Below, one piece after another: positions 1-10,300 of a stretch of 64,000 nucleotides of DNA. The DNA comes from Vicugna vicugna (Eukaryota), in NCBI GenBank assembly GCA_013265495.1, contig MU060001.1, positions 372,001-436,000 on the forward strand. Direction: 5' to 3'. Both the position numbers and the translations under genes were made by a program. How positions within the stretch are numbered: the stretch's first letter is position 1; every line of letters starts with the position of its first letter. The notes beneath the pieces are model-generated. The model saw only the letters and a list, made by a program, of their open reading frames with translations. It was not told where the DNA came from and did no database searches.

Positions 1-1044
1 AGTGAGTCCAGCTCCCAGAGGCCAGCCCCCAGCCAATCATTTAATTATGCACTACCCTGTTTCCAGCTGGCTACTACTACAACTAATAGCTATGAACTGA
101 CTGAGCATCTAATATATAAAAACTCATTTGAAGTTATTAGACAGTAAGCTTCTTTAGGCCAGGAATATGATTCCAAAGACAGGCAATAGTTATTTAACTT
201 AATGTAGCAGATGGAGTTAATATTGCTAACGTTCCTAACAATTGATACAAATAAAATTAGTTACGCATATATTATTAGAATTTCTAACTGTATACAATTA
301 TATGATTCACTAAGTCAGCAGTCTAATGGGAAGAGAAATTGCAACTTTTTCTTAAATCACCATTTTACTGCTTTTCAGATTTATATCATTCACCTTTATA
401 TCATAACCTCAGTACCCTGAACAGTAACTTGCAAGTAACATAATATTTGAATTATTATTTAACGGTGCATTTTTCTTAAGAAATTCATAATCTAAGTAAC
501 AATCATGGAGCAAAAGCTTCAAAGAGATTTAACATCTAGCATTCTCGTAGCTGTATGCACTAAAACTGTGATCTAGGTGGCAGAATGTCCATGTTTTGTG
601 TTAGAGCAAAGGCAAGCTGGACAGTACTGAGTGGAACTAAATCCCTAGGGATTGTCAATGGGCAGTGACATCAAACTACAGATACAGACTTCTTTACATT
701 CCTACCATTACTCCAGTTTTCTCCCACAGAGGCCTCTTTTAGAATTGCAGGGACAACTCAGCATTCACTCACCAGGCACAGTTAGTTTAATAAGACTGCT
801 AACTGATAGATGGTTTGTGTGAGGCAAATACCAAAAATCAGTACAGAAGGGGAAGATGCCACTACTTAATTACAGGAAAGCCACCAATTATTAGAGGAAT
901 ATATAAAGATTTCCTACTACTCATTTGCCAGTTGTGGAACCAATGACAGAGTCAAATTTTTATCAGAATACAGTACAACAGATATCTTTATGTTCATAGC
1001 CAGAGCATTACTCCAGACTCCCTCCTTCATACTTGCATGACTAT

Positions 1045-1200
1045 TTTTTAACTCGAGCATTTACGGGCTGCCAGGAACTGTACTGACTATACATGTGTAC
1101 ATGTGTATAGGTATGTACACATATAAGTACATGTGTTTAACTTATTCTTCCAAAAATTCTCATCAAGAGATTTTTTTATCCTCTATTTATAGAATTTATT
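1045..1200 (-). mobile_element. MIR SINE fragment
   Basis: GAGCATTTACGGGCTGCCAGGAACTGTACT...ATCCTCTATTTATAGA resembles the reverse MIR core; interrupted by an (AC/TG)-rich insert. Confidence 0.55.
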
Positions 1201-2174
1201 ATCGTCCTTTTAAAAATAGGCTTATCTTGCTATCTGTTGCCAAAGCCCAATCTCTTAACCCTGTTTTATATTGATTCCAACAATCATGTTCTTGCCTCTA
1301 GTGCAGCCAGATTCATACTCCTGACCCATACATACCAGGTCAGTCCGTGTTTAGGATACTGTAACAGCACTTTAGGGCTTCCAAGATTGAAGCCAGCCTC
1401 CTCAGACTGACCTTCAAAGTTCCCAAATCGGCCTCACCTTCCTTTCTCTGACTCTCTAGAAGAGACTCACCTGTTGATCCATCATTATTTACACAAAACA
1501 ACAGCAGGTTAACGTTCCTGACTTACATGTATGTGCATGAGATGAGCATCCCACTCCTGCCATATGGATGACCCTCTCCTCCCTTCCTCTTACAACCCAA
1601 ATCCGACCTTTTTTTAGGTCTGCTGCAGAGTCACCACCAAATAACCTTACCTGATAAACACCACCTCACTATTCCTTTCTTTCTTTAAATTCTCTCTGCT
1701 ACAGTATTAAATCTTTACTATATCGAGATACACTTAAAATGTTCTCTAGCTGATGTGTAATATGAACATCCTTAGCAGCAGTAAGTTCCTTTCCAGCAGA
1801 GGATAGACCTTTTAAAACCCCTTTGTTCTGCCTCCCTCCTTGAGTGTTTCTCAGTTTCATAGCATTACCAACATCTGGCCATCTGATTTGTTTTTACTTG
1901 AATCAAGTTGTTCACATCTTGTCCAAGATCTTAGAGGGCGCAGGTCAAACAAGTTTATCAATGATCTAACTCAACATCAAATTGTCAGTTTAAAACGTGA
2001 ATAAGTATGTATGCTAAAAAGTGGTGTGGGTTCCTTGCACCCTACCCACAGTTAATAATCCATATCTTAAATGGCTGTGCAGACTAAGAGTTTTTTTTTA
2101 ACTTCACTTTCACAGACACGTTCTCTGTACACAGATACATATATTTACAGTGCTTATCACTACCTGATATCACA

Positions 2175-2318
2175 TTGTTATTTGCTCGTGACTTGCCAAA
2201 AGAATGCAAGCTTCATGAGGACAAGGACTTTGTTTTGTACAATGCTCTATTTCCAGAACCTAGGTTGGTGCCTGGCTGATAACACAGTGGTATTCAAATA
2301 TGTGTTGAAAGAATGAAT
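2175..2318 (+). mobile_element. L2 LINE 3' end
   Basis: GCAAGCTTCATGAGGACAAGGACTTTG...GTGCCTGGC...TTCAAATATGTGTTGAAAGAATGAAT is the typical L2 terminus. Confidence 0.75.
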
Positions 2319-3180
2319 ATACCCTTCGATAGTCACAGAGATGCATACCGATCTACAAAGGAAATTTTAAGTGAAGTTTTTACACATTTAAGCCACTAAA
2401 ATGAACAATACAACTTACTACTCAAAAGAATTTGAAAATGGCGATAATAAAACAATAAAACTTTAAGAACCCTTAAGTTCTGAAGGCAAACTTCGCTAAT
2501 ATGAAGCTGAAAGCACTAAATCTACATGGAGATCTTGGGCTTAAAGTTTAAGAACTGCACGTACTTCCAGAGGCTTTATTTTTCATTCTACAAAGATTTT
2601 TAGTTATTGAAGAAAAACTGGAGTACTAACACGGACCTCCAGTATTTATCCGTCTGCCCAAGATGAGAAGCAAGGACTATTCATTAAAAAGTTGTTGTTA
2701 AGACAACGGAAAGGACCAATTTTTTTTTTTCTTCAAAGTGTAAGAAGCGCAAGAAGAGGGCACATCACAGTAAACAAAGCCAGCCAAGGGCCTCGGGGAG
2801 CAAGCCCCAGACAATAGGAGCAACGGCAGAGGCAGGTCTGGGGTTGGGTCAACAGTGGGTGGAGCCTCAGAAAGCACCAAGGCAACAAATCTGCGCCAGC
2901 AGCCAGCCAGACGCCGGGGCGAGGGAAGAACCTGGCTCCGAGAGGGACCTCCCGAAATATACGTGTGTCCGGGCGGGTGATCTGGGAAACTGGGAACAAA
3001 CGGCCAGAAGGTTTTTTGTTTGATTTTTAAGCTAAGGCGACCCTAACCACTTAGCTCTAAGCGCCGGGCGCGAGGAGGGGGAATCCCCGAACTAGGCGTG
3101 GGCCGGGATTCCCCAGGGACCTGTGACGCGGCCCCGGGAGTGACGAGAGACCCCGGGGCTGAAGCCCAGGGCTGACTTAC

Positions 3181-3525
3181 TTTGAGGAGGCAGCTGTTGA
3201 GTGGCGCGGGCACCGACGTGCGGTGGATAACCAGGTCCTGGCCCGGGTTGTGCACGTCGCAGATGAGCTCCAGCACAGCGATGCTGCGGGCCGTGGACAC
3301 GGACACGCGGTGGTCCTCGGACCACGCCAGCGGCTCCAGGCCGCTCACCGCATACTGCAGCTTCACGGCCGGCTCCCGCCGAGTCACCAGGAGGCGGAAC
3401 GCGGCGCTGGGCCCCGGGGCCGCGTCCACCGCCGGCTCCTTCCCGCCCCCCTCGCCCTCCTCCTCCTCGGGCGGAGGAGGCCGGCTGGCCGCGGGCCCCA
3501 CCCGGGCCTTGTCGGACGTGTTCAT
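3181..3525 (-). CDS. GTF3C4: GTF3C4 (general transcription factor IIIC subunit 4, TFIIIC90) coding exon 1, 115 codons, phase 0
   Basis: Translation MNTSDKARVGPAAS...EPAVKLQYAVSGLEPLAWSEDHRVSVSTARSIAVLELICDVHNPGQDLVIHRTSVPAPLNSCLLK matches the recalled human GTF3C4 N-terminus. It ends at the donor AAA|GTAAGT (plus strand ACTTAC at 3175-3180). Exon 2 is not in the window. Confidence 0.96.
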
Positions 3526-4207
3526 CTCTCCTCAGACGCAAAGGCCGGATCCGCGGGCGGGTTAATGCCGTGTCGCCGTCCCGCTGCCGCCTCCGGTACC
3601 GCGGCCGCGGGCCCCCAGCGCCCTCCGCGGCGGTTTTCTCCCCTCAGGCCCGGAGCGCCGCCGAGCCAGGAAGGACCCCGCTGTTGCTAGGCGACCCAGC
3701 CCTGCCAGGTGGCCAAGGCACTGCCTGTTAAAAAAAAAACAAAAACGCACCTCCTCCGCGGGCGGGAAGGAAATAAGTGGGCGAGGGGCAGGGAGACCGA
3801 GCGCCAAGCCCCTTTAGGCGTCTCCCAGGGCGACCAAAGTGCTGAGGAAACAGTAAACCGACGGCAAACCAGGAAACGTCGGTTAAATGGGGGCACGTCT
3901 CTTCTTGTTTTCCAGAAGAACTCAAAGAACTGCACAAGCAGGAGTTGAGTGTAACTTGGCATCCCCTGCCACCGGCCACGCCGCGAGGGTCGCCACGCGG
4001 GGCAGCCAGCCCTCCCGGTGGCCCCGGCGCCGCGGCTTCGGTCCCTCGGGGCGCGGGCCGTGTGTCCGCGGGCCCTTCGGGACCCGGAAGCGGCGCGGGC
4101 GCAGGACCCGGCGGGGCAGCTACGCGGGGTCCTCGCGCGCGTCCCACGTGGGTCGGAGCTGAGCGGCGGTCCCGGTTCGCTAGGTCCCGACTCGCCTGTC
4201 CGCCGGC
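3526..4207. promoter_or_regulatory. Bidirectional promoter / 5' UTR region shared by GTF3C4 and DDX31 (682 bp between start codons)
   Basis: Divergent ATGs at 3525 (-) and 4208 (+). Motifs: E2F-type GGCGGGAA 3761-3768, ETS CCGGAAGC 4084-4091, palindromic E-box CCCACGTGGG 4143-4152, A-tract 3730-3745. No TATA box seen. Confidence 0.85.
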
Positions 4208-4309
4208 ATGGCAGCCACCGACCGGGTGCTTCTCCACGTTCCCGAGCCCCGGGCCGCCGCCCCCAGAACCAGGACGTTCTCCAGACCCCGTCCGGCCCGG
4301 GCTAGGCGG
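4208..4309 (+). CDS. DDX31: DDX31 coding exon 1 (MAATDR...ARARR), phase 0
   Basis: Strong Kozak GGCATGG; donor CGG|GTGAGT; resembles recalled human MAAADG...RTFSRR...ASR. Confidence 0.88.
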
Positions 4310-7300
4310 GTGAGTTCCGATCCGGTTTCAGATGCGTTCGCAGACGGAGCCGTGGCGTGCCGCGGGCTGCAGCCCTGCCTCTCGGTCTGGGTGCGAGTTA
4401 TTCGCGGAATTAAAAGGCAGTAGAGGGGAGTCAGACATTGGGCAGCTTCTGGAGGAGTCGCTGAGCAACACGTGTCTAAGAGCGGATCACCACCCGGTGG
4501 AGATGTTCTTGGAGGGAGCGGAGCGGCGGTGGAGCTGGCTAGGGCTGCCGCTAGTTGGAGGACTAGTTGGAGAGGTAGTGGCAAGGGTCTGAGGCTGTCG
4601 CCTCTAGAAGTTAGGAGCTGGCGCTTGGGTGTAAGTCCCAGCCCTGTCACGCACCAGCCACGTCTCTAAACTTAGCCGCCGTTTCCTCGACTCTAAGAGT
4701 CGTTTGTTTCAAGAATGCGAATTGGAGACTGGAAGTGTCTTCGAAGAGTTTTCAAAAAATGTGATGTATTTTCATCCACACGCAATGTTAGGGGAAAAGA
4801 AAACACAACTCATCAATAAAATCTCCTCATTAAGTGAGAGAAAGGTACCTTAAATTTAAGCCAAGCCAGAGCTGAAAACTGGTTTTTAGGTTGGTTGACT
4901 TACCTCCTAGAAAAGAGGAGGGCTGTGGGGCAGAAAATCTGTTGTAAAATCATAAGGTACCTAATGACAGGAAGAATACAATTTGATGCCAATGAGAGAG
5001 TGTCTGTATTTTCTCAAAAAAAAAAAAGCCACACTTAGTTACATTGAAAATTAATAGCCAAAGTTCGGTTCCGTTCATCCCTGAGTTCATATATGCTCAC
5101 GCTAGCTAACACCCACTGTCTGAATTACCTAAAATTTTTAGTGATGATCAACTTTAGGATTTAGAGGCTTGTGAGTAAGGAGTTTTCAGCTGGGCAATAC
5201 GTAGCTGCATCTATTCAGGAGGGGGAAGGGGAAGTAGGAAAGAGCCAGTTGGGAGTATGGGATTTGGGGTAGGACAGACCTGGGATTGAATGCCAGCCTG
5301 GCAACATGCTAGCTCTGTGACCTTGGAGATGTTAACTTCACCTCTCTGATCCTCACTTTTTCTATCCATAAAATGAGAACAGTAATTTCTACTTCATATC
5401 AAGTTGTTAGGAAGGTTAAGAGAGATAATATACATTTTCTGGCCCAGAAGAGCACTTAATAAATGTCAGTAATAAAAAAATAAAGTCATATTGGCTCCGT
5501 TTTGGGTAATAGAATTGCTGTGTCAGGAGGTCTGTGAGGTGCTTGTGCCAGGTACATCCCTAGGGACTAACACATAGAAAGTACCTACTAATACTTTGTT
5601 GAGTGAGTTGTATGAATAAATAAAGTTATTTGGTTTTATGATTGCTTGAACCACTGTGTCCAGTGGATATTAATAAGGTGATGACAGCTGTCTGCAGTGG
5701 CCTTGTCTGCACCGACATTTTTATGTCACGAGTGAGGATTACGTATCTGCTGATCAGATTTGCTATCAGCCTGAACTTGGGATGAGTAGCTGATGTACTG
5801 GGTTTGGAAAGTCCTTGACAGCTGAAATTGTGCTGTATCTAAGACTGTGCAGAATGTTTTCTTTCTTAAGAGAAAAGTAGAAATTTATTGTAGGAAACTT
5901 GGAAAATAGATGAAAAGAAAACAAAACCACTCCTGATTGTCAAACTCAGAGATAACGCTGGGTAACATTTTGGTCTGTATCATTCTAGAACACAGCGCAA
6001 AACAAAATAGGGATCAAACTATCTGTGATGTTTTCTAGCCAAACAGGATCCACTTCCTAAATGGTACTGTAGTGTCATTGTTAGGAACAGTGTTCTTCTC
6101 TTAAAATGGGTTGATACCAGTACTGTATCTGCAGATGACTCAATTCTTAGAAGTACTTAGCATTCTGCATACTGCCTGGTGTATAGTAACTACTCAGTAT
6201 GTTTATTACTATCAGAGACAGGGCGCGTAGCCTGTTGGGGCCAGATGGACCCTGGAGATCATCTGCTATAATCCCCTCATTGGACTGAGGGTGGGGTGGG
6301 GAGCAGCCTCAGGGACGTGCTGATTTTTAGGAGATCCATGTCCTTGCTCCTCCGTGCTCAGTTGCCACCTCACGAAGCCTTCCTGTTTCTCTGCCTCCCC
6401 CTTGCTGAAGGCCATGGTAGTCTTTCTTCTCGTTTTGTGCCCTTAAATCCCTTTGTTCGTACCTCTTCTGTTGTACAAGTATAGGTTTGGATTTGCACTT
6501 TTACCCTTTTGTCTCTTCCACTAGTCTGTGACTCCTGCAAGGTCTTGGCACATCTTTGTATCATCAGAACCAAGCTCCTTGACAGCTACTAAGTGGTCAG
6601 TTTTTTAAATGAATGCGTTGTGGTTGCTGGTGTGGGGTGGGAGGGGAGGAGAAGCGAACAAGTAGTAGACAAGTGTCCAGATCTTGGAAAAGAGTAATTC
6701 CATCATGTTACTCATCTTACAAGTATTTACTGAGTATTTACTTTGTGCCAGACATGGTCCTGTGCTGGGGACTCAGTGCTGTATGGGACAGGCTGGTTAT
6801 TTTTTCCAGTCTAGTGGGGAAGACAGACATCACACAACAAATTACATGCTGCGTTTATTGTTTTACTGAGTGTGACAAAAGAGAATAAGAACAGGGACGT
6901 TGGTTTGATAGGGTGGAGAGGAGGTCAGGAAAGGCCCTTCTAGGGAGGCAGTAGGTAAGCCTAGATCTGAAGGGTGGGTGTGTTAGCCAGCCAGAGGGAG
7001 GGGCGGGGACATGGGTGTGGGAGTAGCATGTGCAAAGGCCCTGAGGAGAGAAGGAGCATGGTACATTCTGGAAACTTGAGGAAGACCAGGACGGCAGAGG
7101 GTAAAGCTGAGACTGATGAGATGTGCAGAGGCCACATTCTCAAGGGCTTTGTAGATCGTGTTACACATTTTCACCTAAGAGCAGTGGGAAACCTGTCTAA
7201 TACCGTGCTTAATGTTGGACACTTGCTTTTAGAGAGAGCTTGACATGGGCATAAAGAGGGACCAGGATGGTAAGGGATCCAAAGTTTGTGTCCTGTTTGG

Positions 7301-10300
7301 AATATTTCATCCAAAGAAGAAGAAAGAAGGAGTTCTGTGATGGATGAAGGAATGTTATGTACAAGAGCTGAGGCAGAAAGCAGACTTCAGGCTGGTAGGT
7401 AGGATTCAGGAAGACAGATCTTGTGTGAATGTCAGAAACAGCTTCCTAAGCCGTAGAATTTGGTCGGGAAGAAAATGGGTCGCCTCGTGGGATGGAGAAC
7501 AGTAGGGGCAGGTGGGCAGGCAGAAGCTGCTGGGCCAGCTTTCCGGGTCCTGGGGTGGGACGTCCGTGCGCTGTGGGAGAGGCCTGTAGGCCTTTCTGTG
7601 CTCCAGGAGTCTGTGGTCTGTACACCAGGTGAAGTCTGCACATTTCATTCCATCTTGCAGATGATTCCAGAGACCCGAAACTTGACTTCATCTCCTTTTT
7701 TATCTGAATACTTAGAACTTCATAAAAATAAATTTACAAAGTGAAGCAGGTCAGTACTTACTCTATTAATATAGAATGTGTGGAGTTGTGTTTATTGACT
7801 TATTTAGTGATAGAATTCCTTCCGGTTGCCAGGAACAAAGAACTGTTGTTATCGGTAGGTTAGTCTGAAGCTGACGGTCATGGCTAAAGCAGGCTGGTGT
7901 GTAGGCAGAAGTCATGATTTTCAGCAGAGACGAAAATAACATATTCCAAGAGAAACGAAAACTCCAGAATAGCAAGCACTGAATACTCCCAGGATGCTTT
8001 TATATTCATGTGTAAACTGGAAGAGAAGGCCAGAGGAAATAGAGGCATCAGGTGTTCTCCTCGGGGAAGTTTGGACATCATGCATTTAACAGCATTCATG
8101 TTATGGGAATAAGCAACAGGCGAGAAAATATCCGGTGTTGTAGTCTGTAATCAGCGCTCAGATGGGGAAAGGCGAGGAGAGTTGGAAGTAATTGTGAGAG
8201 AGGTGATGGATGGAGCAGAATTCTCACTTGGAATGGAGACTGGGAGGAAGAATTGTCTCCAAGCCATCTGAATCTGGGGGAGCAGCTTGAGGGCAGAGAA
8301 TGACAGCGATCCAAGCACTCTGGGGCAGAGCAGTGATGAAGGTTCCGCTGGGCGTGGGCTGGGATGCGGCGTCCCACGTGTAGTCCCCGATGGGCTTTGT
8401 GTAGGGAGAAACGATTCATTTCCTCCTTCCCCGCTCTCCTCGCGTAAGTGGATTCCTAGGGACTTGGACTGACTCAGCCTGCATGCTTCACAAGGTGGGT
8501 CCTCGCGCCCTTTAAAATAGACTCTATTTGTTAACATTCAGCCTGAAAAATGTTTCTCTTTTCTTGATCCTCACCTTCATCTTGGTGGAGTTAAACGCGA
8601 AGATGATTGGAGGAGTCTAGTAGATGGATCAGTTGAGCTGTTGTGGGAACTGAGTCAAAGAATCTGATTGCAGACCCTAAACTGTTGCTTGACATATGGG
8701 GCGTAATGATCTCTGCGGGGAGGGATGCAATTCTGTGGGCAGTCAGGCTTCACTCTGAGGTCTGCGTTCATGGACTGATGCACCTCTGTTGCTCTTTCCT
8801 TTTGGGATCGTCGCAGCAAGCAGAGGCCACCAAAAGAAGATACCGCGAGTCCAGCGAGGCTCCCCCAGCGAAACGGAGGAGCGAAGCATCCTGTCTCCCA
8901 GCCAAGAAAACTGCCGCTAAAGAGACTCAAGGGACTTTTCAGGGAAAGGCACCAAAAACGTTTTCTCCAAAGAAGTCTTCGGCTGGTGGGAGTGATAGAA
9001 ACCAAGAGCGGAAACCGGGCATTAAGACTTCATCCCTGTTTAAAAACAACCCTGAAATCCCGGAACTCCACAGGTATGTCCAGGTGCAGACGCCCTTCAG
9101 GAATGAAAGGAGTTAAGTGTATTCTGCCTTTTTCTTGCTTCTTGGAACTGATGCCTGAGTCTTGTTCATCATTTGCAGACCTGTGGTAAAGCAGGTGCAA
9201 GAAAAAGTGTTCACTTCAGATGCCTTTCACGAACTGGACCTCCACCCACATTTAGTAAGTATCTCTCGGTGTTTTATGTGGTCGGGTTTGGGGATGTGTT
9301 TATTCATTCCGAATGTCTGAAATGGCAGTTCTAGGAAGAAAAATCAAAGAATGGTTATCTCTGCTCCAAGTTACCTGAGTGATTTCAGGTTGATAAGGTG
9401 CTGTTCCAGGACGATTCAAGTGAGCTTAGGATTCTGTTCACTGTCTTTACGCCCAGTGCCCCCACCCCCACCCCTCCACCCCCACCTTTTTTTAAGAACT
9501 CTAAAGACTTTGCTCACCTGATTCACTTAGGACTGGGACTCCAATTATTGGGCTTGAAGACCACCTCCTAATGACTGGACAGATGTGCTACTGGGGCTAT
9601 TCTGGGTGGCAGATGTCACAGGAACCCTAGGAGGGGGACCTGAACTGGCATCTTGCTGTTAAGGGAAGTCTAGTTATGAAGACTTGAAGGAAGAAGGGGC
9701 TTTTTTTTAAAACATGCATTTTCTACAGGCAAATGAACACTTTTTTTTTTAAAAAAACATGAATGAGCTTTCCAGCCTTATTTATGAGTAAGGAGAGAAA
9801 ATACATTTGACTTGCAGGGAGTCTGGATTTCCTTGGCTCGCGTGATCACGGCTTACCTGCTCCATCGGGTGGGTTACACATGCTTGCTTTCTCAGCAGCA
9901 GGTTGGAGCAGGCTTTCTCAGGCGTGGTGCCCTATGTATTTTGGATGGATGACTGTGTCACGGGGACGGCTCTGCGCATTGTAGGATGTTTAGCAGCATC
10001 CTCTGCCTCTGCTCACTTGATGCCAGGGCATCCTCTCCCCAAGTTTTAACAGCTGAAAGTTTCCCCAGACATTGCCCCGTGTTGGGGCGTGGTGGGGGTG
10101 GTGTGCAGAACCGCCTCCAGGTGAGAACCATTGGGTGGGAGGACTTGACTTGATCATGATCATCACTTTTTCCCCAGTATTTTCTCCCTTTCTACATCCT
10201 TAATTGTGTTAAATCCATTTGTACTGAAAAAAATCGATAAACAAAAATATTTTTTGTCTTTTCTCTTAGATTTCCACAATAAATTCAGTCTTAAAAATGT

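Larger units (their letters stand above)
1..3180 (-). other. GTF3C4: GTF3C4 intron 1 (partial, continues left of window)
   Basis: Follows the exon 1 donor; AT-rich with MIR/L2 relics; no GTF3C4 exon 2 sequence recognised. Confidence 0.85.
3040..4500. promoter_or_regulatory. CpG island covering both first exons
   Basis: Very high GC and CpG density by inspection, contrasting with AT-rich flanks; boundaries approximate. Confidence 0.9.

Noticed and set aside
3092-4313. Many overlapping ORFs of 90-170 aa on both strands around the promoter
   Set aside because: Shadow frames in very GC-rich DNA with low-complexity Pro/Arg/Gly/Ala translations. Only the GTF3C4 and DDX31 frames show recognisable homology and splice sites.
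4689-4703. Short palindrome CGACTCT-A-AGAGTCG
   Set aside because: 7-bp arms are expected by chance in 64 kb, with no supporting context.
4815-5630. Several AATAAA hexamers in DDX31 intron 1 as premature poly(A) sites
   Set aside because: Mostly in MIR/L2 tails and AT-rich sequence; no evidence of use from sequence alone.
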